The notes: generated by a model not told the origin, from the sequence alone. Counted from the stretch's first letter, positions 1 through 10,006 are shown. The stretch is DNA of 64,000 bases from Desulfatiglandales bacterium (GCA_963667015.2 CAXXJJ010000001.1:1728001-1792000); one strand, 5' to 3'. Translations and numbers: made by a program.

Positions 1-2
1 TT

Positions 3-587
3 GGTGCAATTAATGAGGATGATAAGGCTAATCCAATGCCGGAACCCACAAGATGCAGAAGGTGCGGTGTCTGTATGGGAGCATGTCCTGAAAGGATTAT
101 TTCCTTTAAGAATTATTCAGTGCCCATAATAGGTGATATGATAAAATCAATCAACATACCTGAAGAAGATGAAGAGAAACCCAGGATTCTGGTTCTTGCC
201 TGCGAGAATGATGCATATCCTGCACTGGATATGGCCGGTCTCCACAGGATGAAATATAATGCCTGGGTAAGGGTAGTTCCCTTGAGATGCCTTGGCTCAA
301 TGAACCTTGTTTGGATAGCTGACACAATGTCCAAGGGTGTTGACGGAGTATTTCTCCTTGGATGTAAGCATGGTGATGATTACCAGTGTCACTTTATTAA
401 AGGCAGCGAGCTGTCAGAAATTAGGTTGAGCAAGGTTTCGGAAACACTGGACAGGCTGGCGCTGGAGTCTGAAAGGGTTAGATTCGAGGCTGTCTCAATA
501 ATTGATTATGACAAACTCCCGGCAATGCTGGACGAATTCGCAGAACAAATTCAGGAAATTGGTCCTAACCCCTTTAAGGGCTGGTAA
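3..587 (+). CDS. qmoB: QmoB, quinone-interacting membrane oxidoreductase subunit B (3' part; gene starts before window)
   Basis: Frame open from window edge (GAINEDDKANPMPEPTRCRRCGVCMGACP); 4Fe-4S motif then MvhD-like domain (CENDAYPALD, RCLGS, GCKHGDDYQCHF), ending GPNPFKGW; followed by qmoC. Confidence 0.9.
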   Translation, partial: GAINEDDKANPMPEPTRCRRCGVCMGACPERIISFKNYSVPIIGDMIKSINIPEEDEEKPRILVLACENDAYPALDMAGLHRMKYNAWVRVVPLRCLGSMNLVWIADTMSKGVDGVFLLGCKHGDDYQCHFIKGSELSEIRLSKVSETLDRLALESERVRFEAVSIIDYDKLPAMLDEFAEQIQEIGPNPFKGW

Positions 588-676
588 CAGGTAATACGTT
601 CATGGTGCCCGGAAGAGTTATACTTTCGGGTGGTGAATGAGCATATATTTTAATGAGAGGCAGAGGAGGTGTATTT

Positions 677-1834
677 ATGAGTGTAAAAGTTGATCCGAAT
701 TTTATAAAGGATCTGAAGGCATTTGGTCTTACTGATGCCAATAAATGTATGCACTGTGGAAACTGTACTGCGATATGTCCCCTTTCAGAGGGAGATACTA
801 CTTTTCCACGTAAACTTATAAAATATGCACAGATGGGAATGGAGGACAAGATCCTTAAAAGTCCCGAACCATGGCTGTGCTATTACTGCGGTGACTGTTC
901 AGATGCGTGTCCCAGAGGTGCTGATCCAGGCGAATTCATGATGACAATGAGAAGATACCTTACGTCCAAATATGACTGGACAGGTTTTTCCAAAAAATTC
1001 TATACATCTCATATCTTTGAGTATGTCGCTGTAGCAGTTGTTGCTATATTTATTGGTTTGCTCCTGACCTTTTTCCATGCCGAAAACCCGAATATGGAAC
1101 ACGCCTATATTAATTCCGTGTGGCCGGCACCGGCAGTTGAAATCGGTGATATGATAATGGGAACAATTCTAGCCCTTCTTCTACTCAGCAATACATTCAG
1201 GTGTGCAAAATTTATTATGGGGGATATGTTGTTTAAAGTCCCGCTGGGGGTCTATATACGCAATGCATGGGAACTGGTTGTCCAATTCCTGACCCAGAAA
1301 CGTTTTGGTGAATGTACTGACAAGATGCAGTGGTTTGTCCATTTAATGATTATGACAGGCTATTCCACAGTGTTTATGCTTGTAGTAGTATTCCTTGCAG
1401 GTGGAATACACGTCATAGGGCTGTCCTGGGAACCATTAAGTTTCCAGCGTGATGTGATCTATCCGATCTGGCATCCGATGCGTTTACTTGGTTATTATGC
1501 TACATTTGCAATTATGTATGGCACTACCTATGCGATAATAGGAAGGCTTAAAAAGAGCAAGACACCTTATAAGAACAGCCATGGAACAGACTGGATGTTT
1601 CTTATCCTGCTTCAGTTGACCACGATGACTGGTATCTTTATCCATTTTACCAGACTTCTTGATTGGCCTATGACCACATACGTTCTTTATGTTATCCATA
1701 TGATGGTGGCAATACCAATGCTGGTACTGGAAGTTCCTTTCGCAAAATGGGCGCATCTCGCCTTCAGGCCTGTAGCTCTCTTTTTGATGAAGGTAAAGGA
1801 AGATTATAAAAAAGATCTGGATACATTCGCCTAG
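677..1834 (+). CDS. qmoC: QmoC: two 4Fe-4S clusters plus heme-b membrane domain
   Basis: CMHCGNCTAICP and CYYCGDCSDACP, several TM helices, C-terminal PFAKWAHLAFRP; ATG at 677 after GGAGG; downstream of qmoB. Confidence 0.8.
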   Translation: MSVKVDPNFIKDLKAFGLTDANKCMHCGNCTAICPLSEGDTTFPRKLIKYAQMGMEDKILKSPEPWLCYYCGDCSDACPRGADPGEFMMTMRRYLTSKYDWTGFSKKFYTSHIFEYVAVAVVAIFIGLLLTFFHAENPNMEHAYINSVWPAPAVEIGDMIMGTILALLLLSNTFRCAKFIMGDMLFKVPLGVYIRNAWELVVQFLTQKRFGECTDKMQWFVHLMIMTGYSTVFMLVVVFLAGGIHVIGLSWEPLSFQRDVIYPIWHPMRLLGYYATFAIMYGTTYAIIGRLKKSKTPYKNSHGTDWMFLILLQLTTMTGIFIHFTRLLDWPMTTYVLYVIHMMVAIPMLVLEVPFAKWAHLAFRPVALFLMKVKEDYKKDLDTFA

Positions 1835-1952
1835 GTCTTTTATATAGAAATTTGCTAACTCGAACCAGACTTCCATGGGATAAATTATGGGGGTTTGGTT
1901 CTTTATTTAGGGAATACCATCCAATAAGGATAAACAAAAGGGAGTTTGAAAA

Positions 1953-2222
1953 ATGGAAAACAATGAAATACCCAAATGCCCCCACTGTGGTTCGGAGATG
2001 AATAAGTGGGTTCCTCCTGAGGATTCAACCTGGGCTGAGGATCCATTCCACTGGGTATGCTTTAATGATGAGTGCCCATATTTTGTAAAAGGATGGAAAT
2101 GGATGGAAGATACCCAGGGAGTAAAGATGTCATACAGGCATCAATTTGACCCTGAAACAGGTAAGGAAAGTCCTTTACCAACAAAGACCCTCACAATGCA
2201 CAGAAACAGGATTATAAAATAA
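1953..2222 (+). CDS. Small zinc-ribbon hypothetical protein
   Basis: CPHC ... CFNDEC metal-binding pattern; GGGAG SD; overlaps next gene (TAATG). Confidence 0.75.
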   Translation: MENNEIPKCPHCGSEMNKWVPPEDSTWAEDPFHWVCFNDECPYFVKGWKWMEDTQGVKMSYRHQFDPETGKESPLPTKTLTMHRNRIIK

Positions 2223-2986
2223 TGGATCTTAAAATTGGAAGGAACGATCCCTGTCCCTGTGGCAGCGGAAAGAAATTTAAGAAATGTCATATGGGTAAAG
2301 AAGATGAACTTGCCCTGGACAGCATGGGTGAATTTACCGAGGAAATGAGCCGGAAAATTACCGGTCTTCCTGAAGTTGATTACGGGCGATGCCGTGAGAT
2401 AATTGATTCACTTGATATAAAAGAACTCACAGGAAATGTCATGGGAATACGGCTTGTTGATCTCAAAGAGTATTCCGATCTTAATCTCTTCAGCAGCAGT
2501 CATTCAAGGGCAGAAGAGGGAAAGGGTGGTGGTGTTTTTATAAATGTTTTGAAAACACTGCAAACAGACCCTGATAACCTGTATCTTGCTATATCAGAGA
2601 ATATTGATGATTCAATATTTATTCATGAGCTTGCACATGTTCTTGATTATCTTGGGGGATCCAACATCATGCCGGGAGCTCAACAGCCGTTAAGCATGGA
2701 AACAAATATTCCTCTTGAGCACCTTGAGCATCCGGAAGAGTACGGAAAATGGCTGGAGTATCTGGCTGATAAATTCAAAGTTGAGCTTGATGCCGATGAT
2801 ACTATTGTCTCCTACCTCTACAAAAACGGGAAGCTTATTAAAGGTTCTGTCATTGCAGGCGGCAATGAAATGCTCATGAAAACCAAATCCGAGCAGATAT
2901 TCAGATTCCTGTCAGAAAACAGCCAGGATCTTGACAGACTTATTCGTGAACGGGACGGGTATATCGGACCGCAGGAGAATAAATAA
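2222..2986 (+). CDS. SEC-C motif protein with HExxH motif
   Basis: N-terminal [20 protein letters not shown]; internal HELAH. Confidence 0.8.
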   Translation: MDLKIGRNDPCPCGSGKKFKKCHMGKEDELALDSMGEFTEEMSRKITGLPEVDYGRCREIIDSLDIKELTGNVMGIRLVDLKEYSDLNLFSSSHSRAEEGKGGGVFINVLKTLQTDPDNLYLAISENIDDSIFIHELAHVLDYLGGSNIMPGAQQPLSMETNIPLEHLEHPEEYGKWLEYLADKFKVELDADDTIVSYLYKNGKLIKGSVIAGGNEMLMKTKSEQIFRFLSENSQDLDRLIRERDGYIGPQENK

Positions 2987-2991
2987 AAACG

Positions 2992-3104
2992 CGGTATAAG
3001 GTGTAAGGTCTACGATAGGGAATACAATACAAAATGTAGGGGTGGACCCGTGTGTTCGCCCTTTGTTTTTGCTTTGAGCCTTGCACCCTGTCCTTGTGCC
3101 TTAC
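2992..3104. repeat. GTAG-tagged REP-like palindrome flanked by degenerate 7-mer repeats
   Basis: GTAGGGGTGGACCCGTGTGTTCGCCCT at 3036-3062; CGGTATA-AGGTGTA-AGGTCTA on the left and AGCCTTG-CACCCTG-TCCTTG-TGCCTTA on the right, between convergent genes. Confidence 0.55.
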
Positions 3105-4022
3105 TTATCTATAAATTTCCTCGTGATAGCATTTCCATTTGCGATGAATCCATAACCATTGTGCAGGATATTGCCGGATCGCTTTTTCAATAATATCATT
3201 CTGGTGATTAGTAGCTTCTGTTATATCCATTACTTCTATATTCATCTCCGGGAAAAAGACAATTTTATGTCTGGTTATATCTTCCGTTGATCTAAAAATA
3301 AACATGGGAACGACAGGGGTATTATACTTTGTTGCCAGGGTATAAACTATTGAAATGGTATTGGTTTTTTTATTAAAAAACCGGCAGGGTATCCCTTCGT
3401 GAGGTTTGGCCTTCCTGTCTGGAAAGATTACAAGATCTTCACCCTTTTTAAGGTTTTTAATGGCCGGTCTAAGGCCGTTCTCCTTGTAAAGTATTTTTAC
3501 TCCAAATCTTTCATTGTACGCAACCCTTTCTTTTTCCAGAAGAGGGTTGTCTATTGCCCGGACAATAAAGTTAAGGCAATTGAATGTGTCTGCATAATAA
3601 AGGTGGGCATATTCCCAGTTGCCAAAATGTGCACATAACAAAATAACTGATGGATTTTTCTTTTTTGCTGTAACCAGATGTTCCTCACCTTCCACATGTA
3701 TACGGTTTTTTATTTTATCAAGACTGACTTTCGTTAATCCCATCAAACGTATCCATTCAAAACCTGTAATGCCGAGTAGTATAAAATTGGAACGGACAAT
3801 TGTTCTCAATTCTTTGTCGTCTTTCTCATCACCAAAGGCAAATCTTAGATTTATCAGGGCGATTTTTCTGTGATGCCAGTCAATCAGGTATATAAAATAT
3901 CCAAAGCACTTTCCGAAAAACAGCCATATTCTGAGTGGTATTATCATGGATATGGAATGAAACAGTAATATGAACAGATAAACAATATGATGGCCAATAT
4001 TGGGATTAGAATCTTTATTCAT
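3105..4022 (-). CDS. Lipid A biosynthesis acyltransferase (LpxL/HtrB family)
   Basis: AHFGNWE catalytic motif, N-terminal TM, C-terminal QWLWIHRKWK. Confidence 0.88.
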   Translation of the reverse strand: MNKDSNPNIGHHIVYLFILLFHSISMIIPLRIWLFFGKCFGYFIYLIDWHHRKIALINLRFAFGDEKDDKELRTIVRSNFILLGITGFEWIRLMGLTKVSLDKIKNRIHVEGEEHLVTAKKKNPSVILLCAHFGNWEYAHLYYADTFNCLNFIVRAIDNPLLEKERVAYNERFGVKILYKENGLRPAIKNLKKGEDLVIFPDRKAKPHEGIPCRFFNKKTNTISIVYTLATKYNTPVVPMFIFRSTEDITRHKIVFFPEMNIEVMDITEATNHQNDIIEKAIRQYPAQWLWIHRKWKCYHEEIYR

Positions 4023-4162
4023 GTCTTTTTCTTTTTTATATTTTAATTCATTCAGCTCAAAAAATCATATAGAAGATAATTAAATATTTGATTGAAAATA
4101 GCAAGGATTAGATACTGTTTGCTGTATATGGCTTGAGGTTTTTGATAAAAAATGGAACCGAT

Positions 4163-5161
4163 TTATTCAGCAATCTTTGCGACTATTACATCTCTTTCTT
4201 TTATAACCCTGTCCACCCTGTGGGCCATATTCTCATATTTCCCGCCTTCAAGGACCCTGATTTTTCCTTTGTCCCTTAAAAGGTATATCATCTGCCTTCT
4301 TTTAAAGCGGGATGAGTCCCAGGACATCACAATTGTCCCTCCCGGAAGTACAAGGGAAGCCCATACCGGAATGGCACTGGCTAAAAGATCTTCTATCGGA
4401 CCGCCATGCTGAATACCGTAGGGAAGGTCGGTTACAATGCAATGAGGTTTTTTTATTCCGGAGATAAGGTCTGCCGAATCAGCTGTGTCACCGTTTACCA
4501 TGAGGCATCTTTGCCTGTTTTTTCCAATGGTAAACCAGTATTTTTTAATAGATTTTTTAAGTCTTTCTTCCTTAAATACACATGGAATTTTCTGTTCCTT
4601 TGTGTATTGTTTCAGGAAGGTTGCAGTAGATTGAATGTCCTTGGAGCTTTTTTCAACTCCAACGGTTTCTGCTCCCAGATACAGGGCAGTAAAAAGGGTT
4701 GTGCCGCCACCTGACAGGGGATCGAATATTCTTAGATCATTCCATCTGTAACCGGAAAAGTCGCTGCTGTATCTCGCAATATTGCACAAAAAGTGTGTAA
4801 ACATCTCGTTGGTTTTGCCCTTGTATCTGCGTGTCATCAGAAAGTCATAGGGAAGTGAATGATGCTCAGGCACCTCTATGGGCTTGAGAAAAGGGCCGCT
4901 GATTGATCCTAATTGTTCATAATAGTAAAAAAAAACGCTTATCATGGACAGGTTTTCAAGCTCATACAGGGCCTGGTCGCCCATAGCGTCATCATGGATT
5001 GAGAATTTCAGATATTCCTGACGGCCCAGTTTGACTGGTTCGATAGCTGATATGGCTTGCCCCATGGGGCTCAGGCTGATTTCTGCCGGGGCAAGTATGC
5101 TGGCAATATTACTGTACTGAGTGCTTCTCTGCGGGGATATTTGGGCCAGAATATCGGGCAT
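4163..5161 (-). CDS. SAM-dependent amino-methyltransferase, Trm11/TrmG10-like
   Basis: Motif I FDPLSGGGTT and motif IV VTDLPYG; start placed at MPDILAQ to avoid overlap with upstream gene. Confidence 0.7.
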   Translation of the reverse strand: MPDILAQISPQRSTQYSNIASILAPAEISLSPMGQAISAIEPVKLGRQEYLKFSIHDDAMGDQALYELENLSMISVFFYYYEQLGSISGPFLKPIEVPEHHSLPYDFLMTRRYKGKTNEMFTHFLCNIARYSSDFSGYRWNDLRIFDPLSGGGTTLFTALYLGAETVGVEKSSKDIQSTATFLKQYTKEQKIPCVFKEERLKKSIKKYWFTIGKNRQRCLMVNGDTADSADLISGIKKPHCIVTDLPYGIQHGGPIEDLLASAIPVWASLVLPGGTIVMSWDSSRFKRRQMIYLLRDKGKIRVLEGGKYENMAHRVDRVIKERDVIVAKIAE

Positions 5162-5186
5162 ATTTGTTCTGATTCGGATAAAAGAT

Positions 5187-5924
5187 CTATTTATTTTCAG
5201 GTTTTTCTTTAACCCAGAATACCTTTTTACCGAAAAGACCAAATTTAATCCATTCAAATGCGAATTTCAGAAGATCGGTATCACTGTTCCTGATTTTATC
5301 CAGTATATCCTCTTCAACCTCAAGTCTGTCAAGAAATGTGCTTTCAAAGACAAATTTTCGGAATTTATCTATATTATAGAGTGACATGAATATCATCTGC
5401 TGGATCTGGGGATTTTCAATGCCAAGTTTTACGGATTGCATCTGTATGGTGAGGCTGGAGAGAAATTCATTCAGTTCATCATATTCTTCCACTTCCTGGG
5501 TATGAAGCCAGTCAATTACCTTATTGGTGTTATCTTCCTCAAGCCCTTTACATCTGGCAGAATCGGTTATCAGACTGTAGGTTCCGTCATCATTCATGGT
5601 CAATGGATACATTCTGCATGGCCATGGCCTGTCATTGTAGATTTTACATCCCTTTTCCGTGGTTACAAACGGGCATCGTTTGTCGTCTTCATTTAACTTC
5701 AAAATGACAACAGGAAGAAGTTTGCCCTCTTTGGGGACTATAATTGTATGTTTATCCAGAAATTCTTCTGAAGATATGCCAAGGCCGTTTTTCATCCTTA
5801 GGACATCATAGGGTGTCAGGATAATATTGATATCCTGGCAGCATTTGGTAAAACATGAAACCCCTGGATGACATCTGAATTGAAATGCATGTACCTCTTC
5901 AAATCTTTTTTTATTCTTGTCCAT
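5187..5924 (-). CDS. YkgJ-family cysteine-cluster (CxxCxxCC-type) protein
   Basis: CHPGVSCFTKCC ... CPF ... GCKIYNDRPWPCRMYP. Confidence 0.85.
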   Translation of the reverse strand: MDKNKKRFEEVHAFQFRCHPGVSCFTKCCQDINIILTPYDVLRMKNGLGISSEEFLDKHTIIVPKEGKLLPVVILKLNEDDKRCPFVTTEKGCKIYNDRPWPCRMYPLTMNDDGTYSLITDSARCKGLEEDNTNKVIDWLHTQEVEEYDELNEFLSSLTIQMQSVKLGIENPQIQQMIFMSLYNIDKFRKFVFESTFLDRLEVEEDILDKIRNSDTDLLKFAFEWIKFGLFGKKVFWVKEKPENK

Positions 5925-6088
5925 TATTAATATAATCCTTTCAACCAGTCAGATATTGGAAAAGATTTATTCTGTTTCCTTAAAAAAAACTTGACTGATG
6001 TGCGTTCTTAGTCTTTATAGGTGGCTTCTATAACAATTAAAAGTTACAATGGTCAATTAAAATAGAATACAGGAGGGAAATTTATTAA

Positions 6089-6511
6089 ATGAAAGAACGA
6101 ACATTTTCAATTGTAAAGCCTGATGGGGTTGCCAAAAACCTGATAGGCGAGGTAATTCGCCGGATAGAAGCAAAAGATTTAAAGGTAGTAGCTGCAAAAA
6201 TGATTTCCATGACAAAAGATCAGGCTGCAGGTTTTTATGCCGTGCATGAAGGAAAACCTTTTTTTGACAGCGTTACGAATTTTATGTCTTCAGGGCCATG
6301 CATGGTAATGGTTCTTGAAGGTGAAAATGCCATATCCTCATACCGGGAGTTAATGGGGGCAACAAATAAGGATGATGCTGCTGAAGGCACAATAAGAAGA
6401 GACTATGCAACCGATATAGAAAAAAATGTTGTACATGGATCAGACTCGCCTGAAACCGCTGCATTTGAGATTGGCTACTTTTTTAACAGCCTCGAAATCC
6501 AGAAAAGGTAA
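6089..6511 (+). CDS. ndk: Nucleoside diphosphate kinase
   Basis: [11 protein letters not shown] ... NVVHGSDS. Confidence 0.97.
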   Translation: MKERTFSIVKPDGVAKNLIGEVIRRIEAKDLKVVAAKMISMTKDQAAGFYAVHEGKPFFDSVTNFMSSGPCMVMVLEGENAISSYRELMGATNKDDAAEGTIRRDYATDIEKNVVHGSDSPETAAFEIGYFFNSLEIQKR

Positions 6512-6525
6512 GATCAGCCAAGTTT

Positions 6526-6561
6526 AATCAGGAGACCTGTATGTTGGCAAGTCTCCTGATT
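6526..6561. terminator. Hairpin between convergent genes (possible bidirectional terminator)
   Basis: AATCAGGAGAC ... GTCTCCTGATT 11-bp stem. Confidence 0.6.
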
Positions 6562-6612
6562 GATATGATTTGAGTATTATAGGTGAAGCAGGAATGCTGG
6601 TTCATCAGCCTG

Positions 6613-6903
6613 TTATTCGTTTTCACTAGTGCTCGAAGTTTCTTTGTCTCCCTTGAGAGTCCGGAGTTCTTCCTTGAGGCTTTCAACTTCATTTTTTAAC
6701 TCAGTCTTTTCTTCATCTGTGCTGTCGTCCGGGGTGGTTTTATCCTTGATCTCTTCATATCCGAGATAGGCAGCAAGGGCACCTCCAAGGATAAAAATTA
6801 TTGGAAGTATTCCTTTAACAACTTCCCAGAATGAACAGCGCCATGCAAAAAGAAAAATAAGACCTAAAAGAGCAGCAATTATTCCACCGATCAGTGATGC
6901 CAT
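6613..6903 (-). CDS. Small two-TM membrane protein with C-terminal coiled coil; MamI-like N-terminus
   Basis: GGAGGA SD before ATG at 6903; hydrophobic hairpin MASLIGG...AYLG then ELKNEVESLKEELRTLK heptads. Confidence 0.7.
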   Translation of the reverse strand: MASLIGGIIAALLGLIFLFAWRCSFWEVVKGILPIIFILGGALAAYLGYEEIKDKTTPDDSTDEEKTELKNEVESLKEELRTLKGDKETSSTSENE

Positions 6904-7545
6904 GATAGTTTCCTCCTTCAATAATTCCAAGTAGTTATGTTAAAACACGATAATTTATAGCATATTATAAAAAAGGCATCAATATATTAATATATTAGAA
7001 CCATATTAATAAGCATGATAATTAATAATTTCCCTGAAGTAAAAAATGCAAGATATTTCATAATTTTATTGCATTTTTTAAAGATTGAATATAGAAGGAC
7101 CTTTAAAAATATTATGAGAAAATAGTAAATAATGTTTTTAAAAATGTTTTATGGATATAAGTTCCTGTAAATTTAACTCGGGAATATTTAATCCAGTAAT
7201 AACGGGCTTTTAGCTATATATCTCTATCTACTATCATATGAATGCATATAGCATTGAGTAATATTAATTAGTTGTGACGCTGCTGATATTCCGAGTTTTT
7301 TTATATCTCTAGCCTTATATATAATAGCTAACCTTTTGCCTCATAAAACATTTCCATTTATTATTTTGAATCGTGATGTTGATAAATATGTAAAAGGATC
7401 ATTTTTTGTTAATTTAAAGAAAATCGATGAAAAATAGAGAATATCGTCAGAATAATTTGTTAAAAGCTAATTATCAGTAAATGCTGGCATTGAAATATTT
7501 TTAATATATCCTTATTCTCAAAAATTCATTTTTTTCATGATGTAT

Positions 7546-7618
7546 GCCAGCATAGCTCAGATGGTAGAGCAACTGATTTGTAATCAGTGGGTCGGGGGTT
7601 CGATTCCCTCTGCTGGCT
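7546..7618 (+). tRNA. tRNA-Thr(TGT)
   Basis: Cloverleaf GCCAGCA/TGCTGGC, anticodon arm ACTGA-TTTGTAA-TCAGT; CCA not encoded (TCA). Confidence 0.95.
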
Positions 7619-7637
7619 TCATAGAGGGATACAAAAT

Positions 7638-7722
7638 GGAGAGGTTCCCGAGTGGTCAAAGGGAGCAGACTGTAAATCTGCCGGCTAAGCCTTCGGAGGT
7701 TCAAATCCTCCCCTCTCCACCA
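7638..7722 (+). tRNA. tRNA-Tyr(GTA)
   Basis: GGAGAGG/CCTCTCC, GCAGA-CTGTAAA-TCTGC, long variable arm, CCA. Confidence 0.96.
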
Positions 7723-7758
7723 CATAATAACTGAAGCAGAGTATCTCTTTTTTAATGG

Positions 7759-7835
7759 GCGGGAATAGCTCAGTTGGCTAGAGCGTCAGCCTTCCAAGCT
7801 GAGGGTCGCGGGTTCGAATCCCGTTTCCCGCTCCA
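7759..7835 (+). tRNA. tRNA-Gly(TCC)
   Basis: GCGGGAA/TTCCCGC, TCAGC-CTTCCAA-GCTGA, CCA. Confidence 0.96.
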
Positions 7836-7875
7836 TCTTTTTTAGGATTATTGAATAAGCTTTTTTTAGCTATTC

Positions 7876-7949
7876 GCCCACGTAGCTCAGTAGGTAGAGC
7901 ACATCCTTGGTAAGGATGAGGTTCACCGGTTCGATCCCGGTCGTGGGCT
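7876..7949 (+). tRNA. tRNA-Thr(GGT)
   Basis: GCCCACG/CGTGGGC, CATCC-TTGGTAA-GGATG; CCA not encoded (TCA). Confidence 0.94.
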
Positions 7950-8016
7950 TCATAAATTGATAAGTAGGAAAACAGGTTAGTTTACATTTGAGTTTTTACT
8001 CTACAGGGGGATAGCG

Positions 8017-9210
8017 ATGTCTAAACAAAAATTTGAAAGGACTAAGCCACACGTAAACGTTGGAACAATCGGTCATATAGACCATGGAAAGACGACACTT
8101 ACGGCTGCGATAACAAAGCTGATGGCCATGAAGGGTGGTGCTGAATTTGTACCCTTTGATTCAATAGACAAGGCACCGGAAGAAAAGGCCAGAGGAATAA
8201 CAATAGCGACAGCGCATGTTGAATACCAGACAGAAAACAGGCATTATGCACATGTTGATTGTCCTGGTCATGCTGACTATATAAAGAACATGATAACAGG
8301 AGCCGCCCAGATGGACGGAGCGATTCTTGTAGTTGGCGCAGACGATGGTCCAATGCCGCAGACAAGAGAGCATATCCTTCTAGCCCGTCAGGTTGGTGTA
8401 CCAAACATGGTTGTATTTTTGAATAAATGCGACATGGTTGATGATGAAGAGCTTATCGAACTTGTAGAACTTGAACTCAGAGAGCTTTTGAGCAAATACG
8501 AGTTTGACGGTGACAATATCACGATCGTTAGAGGTAGCGCATTAAAGGCCCTCGAATGTGAGAGTGCAGACGATGAAGCGGCAAAGCCGATATATGAGCT
8601 GATGGATGCGATCGATAATGATATTCCGGAGCCTGTAAGAGAGACAGATAAACCCTTCCTGATGCCGGTAGAAGATGTATTCAGCATAAGCGGTCGTGGA
8701 ACAGTTGTGACCGGCAGGATAGAAAGAGGAATGGTCAAGGTTGGTGAGGAAGTAGAGATCGTAGGAATCAGAGATACCACCAAGACAGTATGTACAGGTG
8801 TTGAAATGTTCAGGAAGATCCTTGATCAGGGTCAGGCAGGAGACAATGTAGGACTTCTGTTAAGAGGAACCAAGAGAGAGGATGTAGAACGCGGTCAGGT
8901 AGTAGCAGCACCCAAGTCAATTACCCCGCATACGAAATTCAAGGCAGAGGCATATATCCTTACAAAAGAGGAAGGCGGAAGGCATACCCCGTTTTTTAAT
9001 GGATACAGACCTCAGTTTTATTTCAGAACCACCGACGTAACAGGTGTCGTGTCATTACCAGAGGGCGTAGAGATGGTAATGCCCGGAGACAGTGTTTCAA
9101 TAGAAGGTGCATTGATAACCCCGATAGCAATGGAAAAGGAACTCCGCTTTGCTATTCGTGAAGGTGGCCGTACAGTAGGCGCCGGCGTTATCCATGAAAT
9201 AGTTGAATAG
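8017..9210 (+). CDS. tuf: Elongation factor Tu (copy 1)
   Basis: [21 protein letters not shown]; after Thr-Tyr-Gly-Thr tRNA cluster. Confidence 0.99.
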   Translation: MSKQKFERTKPHVNVGTIGHIDHGKTTLTAAITKLMAMKGGAEFVPFDSIDKAPEEKARGITIATAHVEYQTENRHYAHVDCPGHADYIKNMITGAAQMDGAILVVGADDGPMPQTREHILLARQVGVPNMVVFLNKCDMVDDEELIELVELELRELLSKYEFDGDNITIVRGSALKALECESADDEAAKPIYELMDAIDNDIPEPVRETDKPFLMPVEDVFSISGRGTVVTGRIERGMVKVGEEVEIVGIRDTTKTVCTGVEMFRKILDQGQAGDNVGLLLRGTKREDVERGQVVAAPKSITPHTKFKAEAYILTKEEGGRHTPFFNGYRPQFYFRTTDVTGVVSLPEGVEMVMPGDSVSIEGALITPIAMEKELRFAIREGGRTVGAGVIHEIVE

Positions 9211-9258
9211 GGGAAATTAATAATCTACCTGGATGTATTATCAAGGGAGAATTTTTAA

Positions 9259-9408
9259 ATGAGAGATATTATTACATTAGCCTGTGAGCAGTGCAAAAAC
9301 AGGAATTATACGACAACAAAAAATAAGAAGAAGACACCGGATAAGCTGAATTTTAAGAAATTTTGCCCTTTTTGCCGGTTACATACTAACCACAAGGAGA
9401 CAAAATAA
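9259..9408 (+). CDS. rpmG: 50S ribosomal protein L33 (Zn-binding type)
   Basis: Read manually: [49 protein letters not shown]. Confidence 0.96.
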   Translation: MRDIITLACEQCKNRNYTTTKNKKKTPDKLNFKKFCPFCRLHTNHKETK

Positions 9409-9515
9409 GCCTGTCAGGGTTAGAATTGTAAATAATCTGTAACGAATTATGAAGTCAATTTGCTGTTGAAAAATATTGATAATAGCTGACATCACGAGTT
9501 CCAGTTCATGACTGC

Positions 9516-9592
9516 AGGCCAGTAGCTCTAACGGCTAGAGCACCGGACTCCAAATCCGGGTGATGGGGGTTCGAATCCCTCCTGGCCTGCCA
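9516..9592 (+). tRNA. tRNA-Trp(CCA)
   Basis: AGGCCAG/CTGGCCT, CCGGA-CTCCAAA-TCCGG, CCA; usual position before secE. Confidence 0.96.
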
Positions 9593-9637
9593 TTTATGTT
9601 TATTAAATAAGGATGTTAAAATTTCTCTCGGTACAAA

Positions 9638-10006
9638 ATGAACGGTAATAATAAAAATTATACAAAAGGTACAAAGAAGACGAAAAAGAGCTTGACTGAT
9701 AATAATTCCAAGTCAGATACTGTTTCCAATGGAAACTCGAAGGTCAAGAAAAAAAGTCAGCAATTGCCGGCAAAAAAGGCATCCGAAAGCAAATCAAAAA
9801 AACAGGTGCAGAAACCTAATATATTTCAAATATCTGCACAGTTTTTAAGGGATGCCAGAACCGAATTGAGAAAGGTGAAATGGCCTACAAAAAAAGAGCT
9901 AATAGCATCAACAATTATGGTAATAGTTCTTGTTTTATTTGTAGCGCTTTATCTTGGATTGGTGGACATCGGCCTTACTAATATTATTAAAAGAATTGTA
10001 GGTTAA
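9638..10006 (+). CDS. secE: Preprotein translocase SecE with Lys-rich N-terminal extension
   Basis: ELRKVKWPTKKE plus one TM; between tRNA-Trp and nusG. Confidence 0.93.
   Translation: MNGNNKNYTKGTKKTKKSLTDNNSKSDTVSNGNSKVKKKSQQLPAKKASESKSKKQVQKPNIFQISAQFLRDARTELRKVKWPTKKELIASTIMVIVLVLFVALYLGLVDIGLTNIIKRIVG

Noticed and set aside
5162..5257. Longer start for the methyltransferase ORF
   Set aside because: Overlaps the YkgJ gene; MPDILAQ start is more plausible
6089..7545. Magnetosome gene island around the MamI-like gene
   Set aside because: No other mam/mad genes in the window
7501..7734. ORFs 7501-7725 (-) and 7537-7734 (+)
   Set aside because: Shadow translations of tRNA-Thr and tRNA-Tyr
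9638..9820. SecE Lys-rich N-terminal extension as a novelty
   Set aside because: Low-complexity extensions on single-TM SecE are not unusual and no function can be inferred
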